A program made the position numbers and the translations under genes. The notes below the pieces were generated by a model. The model had not been told where the DNA came from, searched no databases, and saw only the letters and a list, made by a program, of their open reading frames with translations. 54,145 nucleotides of DNA, taken from the NCBI GenBank assembly GCA_013265495.1, contig PNXW01002066.1:1-54145 (forward strand), written 5' to 3'. Of this stretch, positions 13,633-27,790 are shown one piece after another. Source of the stretch: Vicugna vicugna. Taxonomy: Eukaryota. Position 1 is the first letter of the stretch. Each line of letters begins with the position of its first letter.

Positions 13633-14445
13633 CTTAGGTTTCAGCTTACGTATTACACAATATGGCAATGAGTATATTATTCAGGCTGTCACTTGGGATG
13701 CTTTAGGCTGGAAATAACAGAAGCCTGACTCAGCTGGGCTTAAGTGGTAAGGACGTTTGTTATCTCACTGAATATCCTTAGAGAGGCAGAGGGGCTCCAC
13801 GCCCACGGGGGTGTGGCATGGCCCTAGGCATCCAGGTTCTTTCCATGACTGCTCAGTGGTCCTAAGGCTGAGGTTGCCAGGGAACTTCCAGTGGTCATCA
13901 GGGCTTCCTAAAACTCTAACTCCTTGTAGGGTGGACGGGGATAGAGAGAGTTTAGGCCGCTGTAGCACTTTCCAGTTTGTAGCTGTTTTGTTTATTGGTT
14001 CCTGGTTTCCCCACTATGACCTCCTTAAGGGATGTGAAATGACTGGTACTTAATATAGAGTCAGGAGAAACACTTAGTCATGCTTAGTGATGGTCGTTAA
14101 TGATGCTGGCCAACTACTTCTGAGTCTCCCTTCCCCTGGAAGCGGAAAAGTTTTGATTGAGCAGAGTTATCCAACAACTAGCTCTGGCCAGTGAGTTTGC
14201 TGAATGAATACATGGTTCCAGGTCTTCTTTATGAAGTACAAGGTGAGGTTATCTGCTGTCTAGGGTCCTGGGAAAGGAGTTAGTGACAGGAGGAAAGAGA
14301 AAGGTAAGAAATGACCATGGTGGGGAAATGTGATCAGCAGTATATGTGACTATAAAGATGGATGGATGAGTCTGTTTAGTTTTGTGCTGGAATATGACAT
14401 GTGATTTGGCCTTTTGAGGTAGATTAATTTCCTCTGGCTCCTTGA

Positions 14446-14622
<177 letters not shown>

Positions 14623-16205
14623 TGACCAACTCCCTCCCCAACATGTCCTCGTCAGCTGAGGGGCCTGAGGTTTTAGGAACACATTCTTAGGAAGAGAGTT
14701 TCAGCGTATACTCTTTCCGACAGAGAGAGTCCTTATTTCCCAGCTTCCTCGACAGCACAGTGTATTATGTAATTTTTGTTAATCTGATACCTGGAAAATG
14801 GTGTTTTATAGGAATTTAATTTTATATTCCTCTTATTTTGGGGTTAGGTTGAAAAATCACTTTCCTATTTTTAAAAGCCGTTTATATATCTTTTAGTGTT
14901 AACTGTAAGGGATTATTTTTTGTTGTTGTTGCCTTACTAAAGGGTTAGTAACTGTTAGTTTCTGCACGTAATTTCCATCAAGGAAGTCAAAGGATTTGAG
15001 GCAGGAGTGTGACTTTCATTTCGACTGAGAAATTGACCAATGACCATAATTGTGTGTGCAGGGAATTTTGACCCTAAAGATGGATCCTGGAGGTAGGTTT
15101 TATAAGAAATGCTTCCTGAGAAGAAGGATGTGTCTCCAAGCCCTCTTCCCGTGCTCTTGAGACAGATTTCGTAATGAGTGGTGCAGAGGCAGGGACCCGC
15201 CATGGCAGCTGGCTCGGCCCCAGGCAGCATGGCAGCCCCCCTCCTCCTTCCTCTCCTGGGTTTGCATCTCTGGATTGGGAACCTGCAGCCCTGAAGGAGC
15301 GCACATCCCAAACGTCTATGGTGGGGACATATTTTCCCCCTCAAATCTAACCCATTGTGGATGATATTCTGTAAAATACAGTAAAGATGATTTATTAGAA
15401 AAATGAAATGGAAAAGGCATCCAAGATACAGACCCAAATTATTTGTTAGTCGATTCACTAGACATAGAATCCCTGTGTCCAGTTGCAATAAACGTTTCTA
15501 AATGCTCCTCTCAAATTTTGTTCTTAAAATTTTGAGCGGTGGGCCTTTGTAACAAACAGACTCTATCTTCCTGTCTCCCTTCTGCATTTCCCATCTCCTT
15601 TGTGCCAGGTCCCCACCCCAGAGCTTAACAAGTCTGTTTATTAGACCGTTTGCTGGTGCCTCCCCTTCTCCCATATGTGGTGCCGTTTTATAAACACAGA
15701 AGCTCTAACCCAGACAGGGTGCAGGTGAAAAGAGCATGGTAAGAAGTATGATTTTCTTTGCTTTAACATCCATCTGCCCAAATTCCTGAGCGCAAAGTAT
15801 CATTTTCCACGCGATCTCGCAGTTTTGAGTTTTACCGGAGAACTGAGTAGCTTTCGCGAGAGCCATGAAGAAGCCTGTTTTCAAGAAGAACATTTAGATC
15901 AGACGTTTTGATGCAAAATGCTTGTCTTTCATAAGGAACAGAATAGGACATTTTATTTTTCCTAAGACAGTGAATTCCACCATTAAATCGATTATACCTA
16001 CTTTGGTTCAAACAGCCTTTTTTTTTAATAAAAAAAAAAAAAGGAAAGAGAATTGGAAAGCTGTTTTTTCCCCTGTAAAATCTTCAGATAAACCCCGACC
16101 CTGACGAAGGGCCAAGTGTCGTTCTGCTCCTCAGGCACACTGGGCTTTGCAGGCGCTGTTTCTTTCATCACGGGCTGATCGTGTGCTGCTCTGTCTGTGT
16201 CTCAG

Positions 16206-16325
16206 GATATTTTGCTCAAGTCCGTGGCGTCGGTCAGCTTATGAAGGCATTTCTGCGGAAGACAATGTAATTGTCAAATTCTCAAGCTTGGGGCTGGGAT
16301 GGATACTACCTTCTGGAGGTTAAAG
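16206..16325 (+). pseudogene. LCMT1: LCMT1 pseudogene exon 3 (2 nt deletion, frameshift)
   Basis: YFAQVRGVGQLMKAFLRKT, then the frame shifts (ACA ATG TAA) and CNCQILKLGAGMDTTFWRLK continues in another frame. AG acceptor and GT donor are intact; 120 nt. Confidence 0.92.
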
Positions 16326-17314
16326 GTACATTAAAATTTCCCCTCTTCTGTCTCCAGCTGTTTACATTTAATTTTTGGAAAATGTTCACCTGGTTCAAAA
16401 ACTGAAAACAATATAATCAAGGGGGGTGTGGCGACAGCTTGTCTCCCACCCCTGTCTGCGGCCTCCCACCCCGACAGTGACATCAGCCCCGTACTTGATC
16501 TCACCTGGACGCTAGTGAAGACAGGAGGGCTGTTTTTCACCTTCAGCTGCTACGCGCTGGGTCGTAATGAAAATCCTCACATGCGTTTCCCTCTGCGTGT
16601 GTGGAAACGTATCAGGAGAAGTTCTGAGCTTGAGCTCTAATAGAGGCACACACACGATGCGTGCTAAGGGCAGGTATTCTGAGTGTCATGCAGGCATTTC
16701 GTTACTATCCTCACAGCCCTGTGAGGTGTTATCATTTTCTCTACTTCTCAAATGAGGAAACCTTGGCCCAGGGAGTCTAGTGACTTTCCCAAGGCCTCAC
16801 AGCAAACATACGATGGAGCTGGAATGTGAACCCTGTCCCCCGGGCTCCTGAGTGCCTGCTCTGTGCCATCCATTGTCGCAGACGACAGTCGATGTATCAC
16901 GAAATAACACTTAACCCCACTCCATGTGATGCTTTCTGATATTTGCTAATTTATTTTTTTATCCCCAAACTGCTGGACTCAACCCACCAGATTGATTTCT
17001 TGGCCTTCGCTAATTGGTCTCAAGCTGCTTTTTTTTTTTTTTTTGAGAAATACTGTTATGTCCTGCTTCTAAGCCGCCCCTTAACATCCCCATGGCCACT
17101 CTCCTGATTCAGGCTCCCCGTCACATCTTACCTGGACGAGTACAGTAACCTCCGTCCCCACTTTGTGCCGAGACCAGAGTAATTTAGAGAGCACACTTCT
17201 GACCTTATCATTCCTCTGATTTAAAATCCTGAAGTACCCCCCCTGCACTGCACGGCCTAGTACTCGGTTCCTGAAGACGATCACTGGATGTATGAGTAAT
17301 AGATAATTATATAA

Positions 17315-17419
<105 letters not shown>

Positions 17420-17649
17420 TAAGCGTGGCTTTGACCGGAAGGAAGAGCCTGCTGGAATTTAGAAACAGCTGAGGCCTCATTTTCAGGCACTGCTTTCCTT
17501 TCCTACCCCCAACCCCGGGACCCTCATTCCAATGTATCGTGCAGTCTTCACCATGAATTATGCTCTCCCTTGTCACTCTTCTATCCATTAATATAAGTTC
17601 TTTGAACGTTTTAAAAAGTGACGTATAGTAGTTTAATAATCTGAATTTT

Positions 17650-17775
17650 TCTTTTAAACTTACTTGGTGGTGGGAGGTAATTACATTTTTTTTTTTGTTG
17701 GAGATACTGGAGATTGAACCCAAGACCTTGTGCATGTTAGGCATGCTGCTGTACCACTGAGCTATCCCTTCCCCC
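17650..17775 (-). mobile_element. tRNA-derived camelid SINE
   Basis: Reverse complement of the same SINE (GATTGAACCCAAGACC...CCACTGAGCTAT), flanked by TAATCTGAATTTTT repeats. Confidence 0.8.
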
Positions 17776-18409
17776 TCTATTAATCTGAATTTTTATGTGT
17801 ATTTTGCTTCTTTAACCCCAGAGTGCAGAAAGGCACCTGGCCCAGAATAGATGTGTAGTAGACAGTTTTGAATGCATGGATGAATGGGAGACTGAAGTTA
17901 ATCGGTTATTTATATACGAGATACTCGGGGGCTTTTCTAAGTCCATTGTTCAAGGAGTTTGCTAAGTTGTAAGTGATGAGTTAAATACTGATTTTTGTTG
18001 AGAGCTTTTCTTTGCCTAGCCCTGTGTTAAATGTTTCACTTGGATTGGCCCACTCAGTCCTCGGAGCCAACTCATACATTAAGGGCTGTCATTAGCCCCT
18101 CTTCACAGATGAGAAAACTGAGGCTCAAAGGAGTTGAATTAAGTTGTCTAAGGTCAGCTAGCTAGGAAGAGGGTGGAGCTGATGTTTCTCAATAGTTTTA
18201 AGCTGCACTCCTTCCCTCCTTTTTCTTTTCTTTTTTTATTGAAGTAGAGTCAGTTTACAATGTTGTGGTAATTTCTAGTGCCCAGCATACTGCTTCATTT
18301 ATACATATATGTATATATTCCTTCCCAGATTCTTTTTCATCATGGGCTATTACAAGGTATTGGCTATAGTTCCCTGTGGTCTACAGGAGGACCTTATTGT
18401 TTATTTAAT

Positions 18410-18549
18410 TTATTTATTTTTATATTTTTGTAGGACAAGGTAATTAGGTTTATTTATTTATTTATTCTTGGAGGAAGTACTGGGGATTGAACCCAGGACC
18501 TCATGCATGCTAAGCACACACTCCACCATGTGAGCTATACCCTCCCCCT
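18410..18549 (-). mobile_element. tRNA-derived camelid SINE nested in an L1 3' fragment
   Basis: GGGGATTGAACCCAGGACCTCATGCATGCTAAGCA...GAGCTATACCCTCCCCC interrupts L1 3' sequence spanning about 18234-18805. Confidence 0.8.
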
Positions 18550-19662
18550 ATCTATTTTATATATAGAAGTTAGTGGCTGTGAATCCTGAACTCCCAGTTT
18601 ATCTCTCCACCCTCCCTTTTTCCCCCTGGTAACCATAAGTTGGTTTTCTATGTCTGTGAGTTTTGTAAATAAGTTCATCTGTGTCAATTTTTAGATTTCA
18701 CATACAAGTGATATCATATGGTATTTTTCTTTCTCTTTCTGGCTTCCTCCACTTAGTATGATGGCCTCCAGGTCCATCCATATTGCTGCAAATGGCATTA
18801 TTTCCTCCCTCCTTTTTATGTTAGTCATGTAAATAAAATGTTAATTCTTACACTTTAATAACATTTTTAATAAGCATGAAGTTGTAGACTTCATGCTTGT
18901 CCTACTTTCATGTAGCTTGTCCTTTAGACACATCCAATTCTCACAAACTGGGAATGATTTTCAAGCCTTGTTTTTTCCTAGTTTATGAAAATAAGCTTTT
19001 TATTCTTTCCAAATATAAAAGTATAGATATTCTCTATACCTTCTAGATGCTATATGGCAATTCTGATGCTCTGGGACCTACAGAGTACGGCTCAACTTGT
19101 TAGAACTCTGAGTAAAAAGAGCAAGTAGGCTCTCAGTTAAGGCCACGGTGGTTTCCTGGGCTGAGAAATGCATGGATGTTTGTGTGTGGTTGTTGCAGTA
19201 TTGAACCTGGCTCTCTGATGTCTGGTTTTTTTGCATTTTCTTCATTGACGTTATCACATAAATGTTAACTAAACTTTAGGTCTCAGTAGGAGTCAGTGTT
19301 TTTAGTTTACCTGTGAGAAGTAACAGCTCTCTTAAAAGTTTTGTCTGAGAAGAGTCAAAACACTAGTGGGTGGCTTGGAAAACACTGGAACATTTGGAAA
19401 AGTCTTGCTAGCCTATAAGTAAACTTCTCATGATGAGTTTGTGATTTGATATCAGATTCTCAGTGTAAAGCTTAGCTGATCTAACCTGAGATTTGCACCC
19501 ACTGGACTTTGACTGGATGTGCCTAGGGTCACGTGTAATTAAACAGAAGACCCTTTGGCGTGGCCCTTCCTTTAAATAGTAGTGAAATCTACTTGAGTGT
19601 CTGCATTTTTGCAGTAATGAGCTACCTGACTCATCTTTCTTCTCTCTCTCATCTTCCCACAG

Positions 19663-19724
19663 ATTGAAACCTGTCCTATCAAAACCCATTTTAAACTTAC
19701 ATTCAGAGGACGCACTTCACATAG
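19663..19724 (+). pseudogene. LCMT1: LCMT1 pseudogene exon 5
   Basis: LKPVLSKPILNLHSEDALHI vs LCMT1 [20 protein letters not shown]. Polypyrimidine tract plus cag, donor AG|gcaagt; 62 nt. Confidence 0.88.
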
Positions 19725-19806
19725 GCAAGTATCCTTAACCTAAGTAATACCCCGTGGGCTATATAACAATTTTTGTTCTTTTCCCTCTATTCTTTTTAAA
19801 GATGGG

Positions 19807-19834
<28 letters not shown>
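19807..19834. repeat. (GT)n microsatellite
   Basis: Directly visible GT run. Confidence 0.95.
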
Positions 19835-19838
<4 letters not shown>

Positions 19839-22800
19839 ATACACATATCTACGTGTCTATCTGCTGATACATTTTCACCTTCATTGCAGTTATCGTGAAG
19901 GAATTTAAAACAATTTTCGATATGACTGTTCTTAGAGGTCCGTAGATTCCTCAACCTGAAATCTTTTTAAAAAGAATTTTAGTCACCAACATTTCAAAAG
20001 TAGGAGATTTTTCATCAAAGTCTTAATTTCTACTTTCGCCTGGAAAAATCAGTTCTGGCGACATCAGACCACAGCTCCTACAAGAATTGAGCGGGGGCCG
20101 CCTCACTTGGGGGAGGGGGTCCCTGTCCTCTCCATTTCTGTCCCCACTACCCTCTTGTTTTATACCCGACCTGCTTCCTTGTTTATGTTTCCTCCTTGGC
20201 CCCTGCATCAGTTTTTCCCCTCAAGTTTTCCTTATGAATGTTTCCAACAACACTTTCCTCATTTCTAAGCCTTTCCAATTATGGTGTATCTCTTCCAGAA
20301 TCTTGTATCATTTTCAATCTGTGTCTGACAGAGACATACAAGGGTCTTCTTAATAATTGGGGTTAGAAAGCATGCTCAGAGAGGATGGCCTTCTCAGAGG
20401 GCCGACACAGATAACACAGCGAAGATCGGACAGTTACACAAGCCGCGTCATTCACACACCACCGTGCTTCAGTGATCAGACTCCCAGTTAGTTTTCACAG
20501 GAAATGGCATCCTCCCCCGTCCTTTGTTTCCCTTACATAAATTGTAAATAGAACCCATTCAAGCTTTGCCATTTGCTGGCCTATTTGCTTTCTCCACACT
20601 TTTGCTACCATAATTCTCTATATATTAGGTTAATATTTGTGTCAGAACGATTATCTGCGATGAATGTGCTAGCAGTTTGCTAGGGCTTTGATCCATCAAT
20701 GTAGAAATACATGAAGTAGAAAGTAGAGACCTTCCGTATTCCCCGCCACCCAAGACACCTGAGGTTCAGAGTATTTTCTACTACAGAGGCACAGTATACC
20801 TCGAGAAAGGTGAATACCACATATAATAGAATATATACACAAATAGTGCCTGGCATGTCAGAGATTTAGTAAATTTCTATTGAATGAATGTATGTACACG
20901 TTGAATAAATACGTGTTGTAGTTCAACAGATGTTTGTTGAATGAATGAATCTATACTTCTATATACAAATAAAGGTTTGTATGTAATTTTAATCAAGTGA
21001 ATAATTTATGCATACTGTTTTGTGACTTGCTCTTTTCACGTCCTAGTAAGTCATGACTGTCTTTTCATGTCAATATGTACAAGCCTACCCCATTATTTCT
21101 AGTGGCTTTATAGTGCTCCTGCACAGAAATTCCATTTTATTTAATCTGTTCCCTACTGATGGTCATTTCGATTGCTGCCTTTTCTTAAGCAGTGTTGTAG
21201 AAAACCTGTGTATATGTGTGTGTTTGCAGGACGTGCTAGCTCAAAGGACTGCACATTATGACTTTTAATGACCAAACTGATCTTCAAGGCCCTTTTAATT
21301 TATATTTTCACTAAGAGTAGATCAGGATTCCTTTTCCCTACACCCTCATTAATACTGGGTATTATTTTTTAAAATTGCCACCAATCTGATAGGCAGTAAT
21401 GGTGTCCTGTTGTTTTAAAATTTTATATAACTCTGAATGTGAGATGGAGTATCTTTCTTTAGTTTTATTGGCCTTTGGGAATTTCTTCGTTAATTTCCTT
21501 TTCATTTTCTTTGTGCTTTTTTTTCAGTTGCATTGTTTCCGCCCCCCTTCCCCCCAACCCCCCAGTTTTTAGGAGCCTTTTATAACATGAAGATATGTTC
21601 TTTGATACAAACTCCCTGTTAACTTTTTTTTATTGCAGATTTTTTTTCTCAGTCTTTTGCTTATTTTTTTATCTCTATGTTTGTGTCTTATGTAGGCAAA
21701 TTTTCCAGCCTTATCCTTTAAAGTTTTTGACCTTGCCATTATACTAAGAAAGGAAAATTTGAATAAAAATAAAAGTGAATAAAAATTTGAGAGAAGTGGT
21801 AGGTGGTAGTAAAACTGACAAAAATTCCGTTTAAAAATTGCCCTAGTTCATTAGACCTGTGGGGCTGTGACTATTAAGAATCACCACTATGTATTTGCCA
21901 ATAGGAAAGAAAAAGTGCCAGCAAATTAAACTGATACATTATCGACTGTTAGATGCATCTTGATTTCAGAAATGTGAAAATGTGAGAAAAAAATGCAGGT
22001 TAGAATCGATGATACGTGTTTTCTTAAGCTGAAATATGCACGGGGTGAAAAAATGAAAAGTATGTAAGTGGGCACACAACGAAAAGTCAGCCGAATGAGT
22101 TCTTACAAAGTCAGTCAGGTTCTGTTACTTGCCTGCTTAAATCCTCTGTGTGCTTATATCCACATGGTTAATCGGGCCTCTGTACCCCCCAGCCTGGTTT
22201 TATTTTCGACCACAGGGACTATGACCTCGCCACACTGCCCTCCTGCCATCCTCTGAACGTGCCAGGCTTGCTCTTACCTTGAAGCCTTTCCTCTTCCCTC
22301 GGCCGGGAACTCTTTCCATCTAATTTTCTTGATGGGCTCTGTCTCATCACCCACGTCTCATTCTTGCTGCCTCCTCCCGCCTAGGCATCCTCCTCTCTCC
22401 TCCTCCTCCTCTTATTTTCTTCATATCACGTGATACTCTGATGTTATCTTGACTCTTCATCTGTTTCGTGATGTATCAGCTCTCCCTCCCCTAGAGGATG
22501 TCTCCTGTGAGCAGGGGCCTCTCCTGTCTTATCCATGACTGTATCCCGTATCCCCAGCACCTAGAACAGCACCTGGTGCACAGAGGTTGTGGATTGAATA
22601 AGTACGTCCCTGAATGCGTGAATGTTGCTGTTTGGGGAACTCGTTTCAATTCCTCTGTGGAACTAGATGAATCTAAAGAAAAAACAATACAAATCAAAGC
22701 ATTTCAGAGTGGTTTCAGGCATTTCAGCTGAGCCCTAAGAAGGAGAAGCTCTCTAGGAAGAAGATCGTCTCGGACAAGACAAGCTTAGGGAAAGAAGGAG

Positions 22801-24204
22801 CATGCAAGAGGCTGGCATGACTGGAGCTGGCACTGGGGAGGGGTGTGTGGTTCACGATGAAGCTAAGGAAGGCGGCAGGGGCTGCATCTCACACGCTCTC
22901 ATAGGCCACGCCAAGGGGTTTGGACTCCGTTCTAAGGGAAGTGACACCCTGCCATGTGCTCCCACAAGACTGCCTGCTTCTCTGTAACCTTCCCCGCACT
23001 TGTCCTTGTCCACTGTTCATCTTCCCTGCTGGATGGTAGGCCCCCTGGGGGCAGGACCATATCTTTTTGTTCATCAGTTTATTCCCTGAACTTGGCTCAG
23101 TGCCCAGGACATGGTGAGAGCTCAGTAAATATTACTGGGTGGACAGATGGGCAGGTGAACAAGCGAAACTTCTCTAGGGTCAGGAAACCCACCTGAGGCC
23201 GTCTCTGTTTTACAACCTCTTTTTTTAAACTAAAGAGTTCTAGGAAGATCTGTGGGCCTGAAAGAACACCTTGCAATCCTTAATAGTAAGTCTGTTCTTG
23301 AAGACAGACAGTGAATGGGATTGGTGGGATTCACTGCAGGTCAGTAGCACCTAGGAACACATCTCTTTTGAAATGCTGACTTGGAGGTCTCGGAAGCGAT
23401 CACGACTGTATGCACTGTGGATTCTGTGTGTGAGTGTGTGTCTAACTGCTGTGTTAACATCGCGTAAATCTTCCCCTTTCTCATGCCTTTCATAGGCACA
23501 AGCTTAATGAGGCAGATGATTAAAGCCTGTATGAGTTTTCTGTGTAAGAAACCACTGCAAATCATGTGGCTTCAAACACCAGCCGTCTGTGTAGCTCACA
23601 ATTCTGCACTTTGCCAGTTTGGAGTCTCATTGTGGTGAGCAAGTTACTTTTCTAACCCACACGCAGGAGCGTTCCAGATGCACCACGGTTTTTCCATTGT
23701 GCCCGTGGTCTCTCGCCAGTGTTAGAGTTTATAAAAATGGCATGTTTTTCTAGAGGAATAAAATGTCTCTGAAACTCGCCCTGGGCCCTGTATCCTGTAC
23801 GAGATACATTCTACTTCTTGTGAAGGTAAGGCATCCTTTGAGGGCAGATAATGCACTTTCTGTTTCTACACAGCTTGAGGAGCCCCTGACTTCAGAGGAG
23901 CCCCGGGAGCATCGTGGGTGTGGGATGAGCAATACTAGAGTCATCCGATTCTATCATTAATGAGACCTTGGGGTCAGCCCTTCCTAGGTCGTGTGCCGGC
24001 TTGCCATGGTGTTCAGCTGGGCCACTGCTGGGTACACCCCAGGTCCTTGATTCTTGCAGCTCTGCTGTACCTTGTACTCAATTTTTAAGAGTCATCGTGA
24101 CCATGTGCCATTTCAGTCTCGCATGCTGCCTTTAGATCCACATCCTGAGTAACATGTGTCTCCCATGACTTGCATGGTCTGAGAACCACGTGCTTCAGCA
24201 TGCT

Positions 24205-25387
24205 GGTTCCTTCTAGTGTATTGTTCATTTCAGTGATTTTATTCTTCAACTCTGTTTGGGTCTTCTTTATATTTTCCAACTCTTTGCTAAAGACTTCACT
24301 CTGTGCATCTATACTTCTCTTGAGTTCTCTGAACATCTTGGCCATCATTACTTTAAACTCTTTCTCAGATAAATTACCTATCTCCTTATCACTTATTTCT
24401 TCTTCTGGGATTTTTTCTTGTGGCTTGGCCTGGGAGGTATTCCTTTGCTGCCTCATATCGTCTGTCTTTCTGTGTTTGTGGATTCTTTCCACAGGCTTTG
24501 GGATTATTGTTTTCTGATTTCTAGTATCTGCCCCTGGTGGATGAGGCTGGACTTGAGGCTTGTGCAGGTTTCCTGGCAGGAGGAGCCAGTGCCTGCCCAC
24601 TGCTGGGTGAAGCTTAGTCCTGGACCTCTGGTGGGTAGGGCTGTGTCTAGAGGCCTTTGTGGCTTAGGAAGTCTGCTGATGACTTCTGTGTTCCCACCCT
24701 GTATGTTGTTTGGCCTGAGGCTTCCCTATAGGCTGTTGGGCGGGGCTAGGTCTTGGTGCTAATGATGCAATCAAGATGTCAGCCTCCAGGAAAACTCATG
24801 TAGATTAACACTCCTGCAGTGTCCGCCACCAGCTTTTATGTCCTCTGAGTGAGCCGCAGCGTCCCCCAAGTCCCCAGGAGACCCTCCAAATCTAGCAGAC
24901 AGGTCTGACCCAGGTTCCTATGAAACCACTGCCTCTGCCGTTGAACCTGGTGCATGTGAGTTTCCATTCTCAAGTGAATGGAGTCTCCATTTCCCCCAGT
25001 CCTGTGAGGCTCCCAGAGCCAAGCCCCCGCTGGCCTTCAAAACCAGTTGTCCTGGGGTCTCCTTCTCTTCCCAATGCCAGGGCCCAAGCTGGGGAGCCTG
25101 ACGTGGGGCTTAGAGCTCTCACTCCTGTGGGAGGGCCTCTGCAACTTAACAAATCTTTAGCTTATGGGTCACACACTCGGGGGTATGGGGCCCAATTATA
25201 TTGCCAGCACGCCCCTCCTACGGTCCTGCTGTGGTTCTTTCTTTATGTTTCCAGTTGCAGAAGATCTTTTTTGCTAGGTTCTAGTCTTTTTTCAATGGTT
25301 GTTTAGCATTCAGTTGTGATTTCATTGTAGTCACGAGGAGAGGCAAGCTCGTGGTCCTCCCACTCCACCATCTTAACTGGAACTCCT
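24205..25387 (-). mobile_element. LINE-1 5' UTR plus start of ORF1 (3' part absent)
   Basis: The minus strand starts ...AAGATGGTGGAG (L1 5' start motif). ORF 24085-24600 contains an L1 ORF1p-like N-terminus (MRQQRNTSQAK...EIGNLSEKEFKVMMAKMFREL...ELKNKITEMNNTLEG). Confidence 0.8.
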
Positions 25388-25737
25388 ACGTGCTTCTAAT
25401 ATTCTGATGGGCTCTGTTTTTGTTTTTGTTTTTGTTTTTTTGTTTTTTACCTTTTTTTGTGGTTAGGATGTTTGTGAGAGAGAAGAGGGAAGGGATGTGT
25501 CCATGTTGTGTTAATGAGTTTAAGTACATAGGAAAAAAGGCTAGAATGTTATATGCCAAAACTAATAGTTATCTTTGGAAGGTATGATCTTACCTGATTT
25601 TTTTTTCATAATGAGCATGTATTTTTATAATGGAGAAAAACGAATGTACTTTAGTTTTGAAAAAGCCATATCCATTGAAATTATGGCCTCTTCTTGATTA
25701 CTTTCCGTTGAATTATAATCTCTTCTTGCATTTACAG

Positions 25738-25841
25738 ATGGGCACGTGTTGAAGTCAAAGAGATAACGCCATCATTGGAGCAGGTCTCTAAGATATACCT
25801 GAACTGGAAGAGAAACTAAAGAAATGTAACATGAATACACA
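25738..25841 (+). pseudogene. LCMT1: LCMT1 pseudogene exon 6 (1 nt insertion and nonsense codon)
   Basis: GHVLKSKR, then TAAC (extra base giving a stop and frameshift), then [23 protein letters not shown], against [33 protein letters not shown]. Donor gtgagt. No exon 7 or later was recognised downstream. Confidence 0.92.
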
Positions 25842-26639
25842 GTGAGTTTGTTTTAACCTCTTAGTGATTTTCTGCTATTTTGAGATAAGGCCAGTTAGAA
25901 ATACAACATCATACCATGTACCATTTTTCCCCTGTAATCTTTGTAATTTCATAGCTGTTTAGAAAAGTTTTCTGAATTTTTTTTAGAAGCAGTGTTTCTT
26001 GAGTCTGTTTTCCCATGAGAATCACCTGTGTTGCTTTTGTGAAATACTGATGCCTGATGTAAAGTTTGGGGGAAGATAATTTTGTGCATAGAAACATATA
26101 ATTGTAACACATAAAGAAAGGATTAGCACCCAGGATATGTAAAGAATAGCTACTGTTAACGAAAAGAGTCCTGTAGAAAAATGGGCAGAGGATAGATGAC
26201 CAGGCAGTTCAAGGAAGAAACTGATATCATATGAAAATGGTATTTCACTTCACTAGTAATCAGGTGAAGTTCTATTTTACTCCCACCAAATTGGCAAAAA
26301 TGTAAAAGTCTGACAATAGCAAGTGTTGGCAAGGACATTGGGGGAAAGGAATGGACATACCCACGGGTGGAAGCGAGCTTGGTATGATCGTTGTAAGAGA
26401 CAGTCTGGAAGTGTCTTGTAAAATTGTAAATGTATGTACCACGTGCTGGTGCCGCTCCGCTGTCAGGCGTATCCCCCTGGGAAGGTGTACGTGTGTGTAC
26501 CAGGAGGATGTTCATTGCGGCCTCCATTTTTAGTAGCAGAAAGTTGGAAACAATTTAAATGTTCATCAGGAGGAGAATGGATGAATGATATGTAAAATAC
26601 ATGACTTTGGAGAGAATTCAGAAACTTAATGTTGAGGTT

Positions 26640-26777
26640 TTTAAAAATAATTTTCATAGTTCTTTTCTTAATTTTTAAAAATTCATTACTGTCCTTTTAA
26701 TGGAGGTGCTGGAGATTGAACCCAGGACCTCGTGCATGCTAAGCACGTGCTTCACCACTGAGCTATACCCTCCCCCC
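26640..26777 (-). mobile_element. tRNA-derived camelid SINE
   Basis: GATTGAACCCAGGACCTCGTGCATGCTAAGC...GAGCTATACCCTCCCCCC, with flanking repeat AACTTAATGTTGAG. Confidence 0.82.
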
Positions 26778-27649
26778 ACAACTTAATGTTGAGTTTTAAA
26801 AAATTAATTTGCAGAGTAATATGCAGAGAGTGATACCAAATGTGCAAAGTCAAACTGCCCAAATACCATCTTTTCATGATTACATATATACATCCCAGAA
26901 GTATTTTTTAAATGGACCAGAAAGGTTCACACCAAATTCTTGAGAGTGGGAGAGTGGGTAGCATTCGGGAGCAGAGGAGGGGAGTGAGATGTGTGGTTTT
27001 AGCACACTGATGCTGGTCACAGTTAGATTGGAGTTAAAGAGTTAATGGGAGATATGAATATATGTATGTATATGCAAAACTGGGACATTGTGCTGTACAC
27101 CAGAACTTGACACATTGTAATTGACTATACTTCAGTTAAAAAACAAAAAAAAGTTAATGGGCAATAAAGGCACATCTGCATGGTCTCCTGTACCTAAACG
27201 AACACTTCTCAAAGGAGACATTCAGATGGCCAAGAGGCACATGAAAAGATGTTCAGCATCACTAATTATCAGAGAAATGCAAATCAAAACTACAATCAGG
27301 CATCACCTTACACCGGTCAGAATGGCCAGCATCAGAAAGTTTACAGATGGTCTACTGTAGGCGACGATGACACTTTGAAGAATATTTGAGGTAAGTCAAG
27401 TTAGACGTTTGAAAGGAATGTAAGAGAACGTTACTTTAAAGAATAAATTGGAGGTGAAGAATCAGTCGCAAACAATTAAAGAAATAGCAACTAAGGCTAC
27501 CATTGCTGGAGGTTTTGAAGATCTACAAAATGGACAAAAAACAATTGATGTAACAAGTATTAGAATTATACATTCTTCCTTGTGGCTTTGTTGTGTTCTG
27601 TGTGTTACTTTATGGGCTGTCTTGTCTTTGCTTTTCTTTCACTTATATA

Positions 27650-27790
27650 TATGTATTTTTAATTCAATTTATTTTTTTTATTTTTGTGTTTTACTTATTT
27701 ATTTATATTTGGTGGAGGTACTGGGGATTGAACCTAGGACCTTGTGTGTGCAAAGCATGTGCTCTACCTCTTGAGCTATAGCCTCCCCCC
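27650..27790 (-). mobile_element. tRNA-derived camelid SINE
   Basis: GTACTGGGGATTGAACCTAGGACC...GAGCTATAGCCTCCCCCC, with flanking repeat TTCACTTATAT. Confidence 0.82.

Noticed and set aside
15202..15294. 30 aa ORF with perfect Kozak context and a hydrophobic stretch (MAAGSAPGSMAAPLLLPLLGLHLWIGNLQP)
   Set aside because: Intronic, very short, no recognisable homology or promoter; compatible with chance.
24085..24600. 171 aa ORF as a host gene
   Set aside because: It is an L1 ORF1 N-terminal fragment running into flanking sequence.
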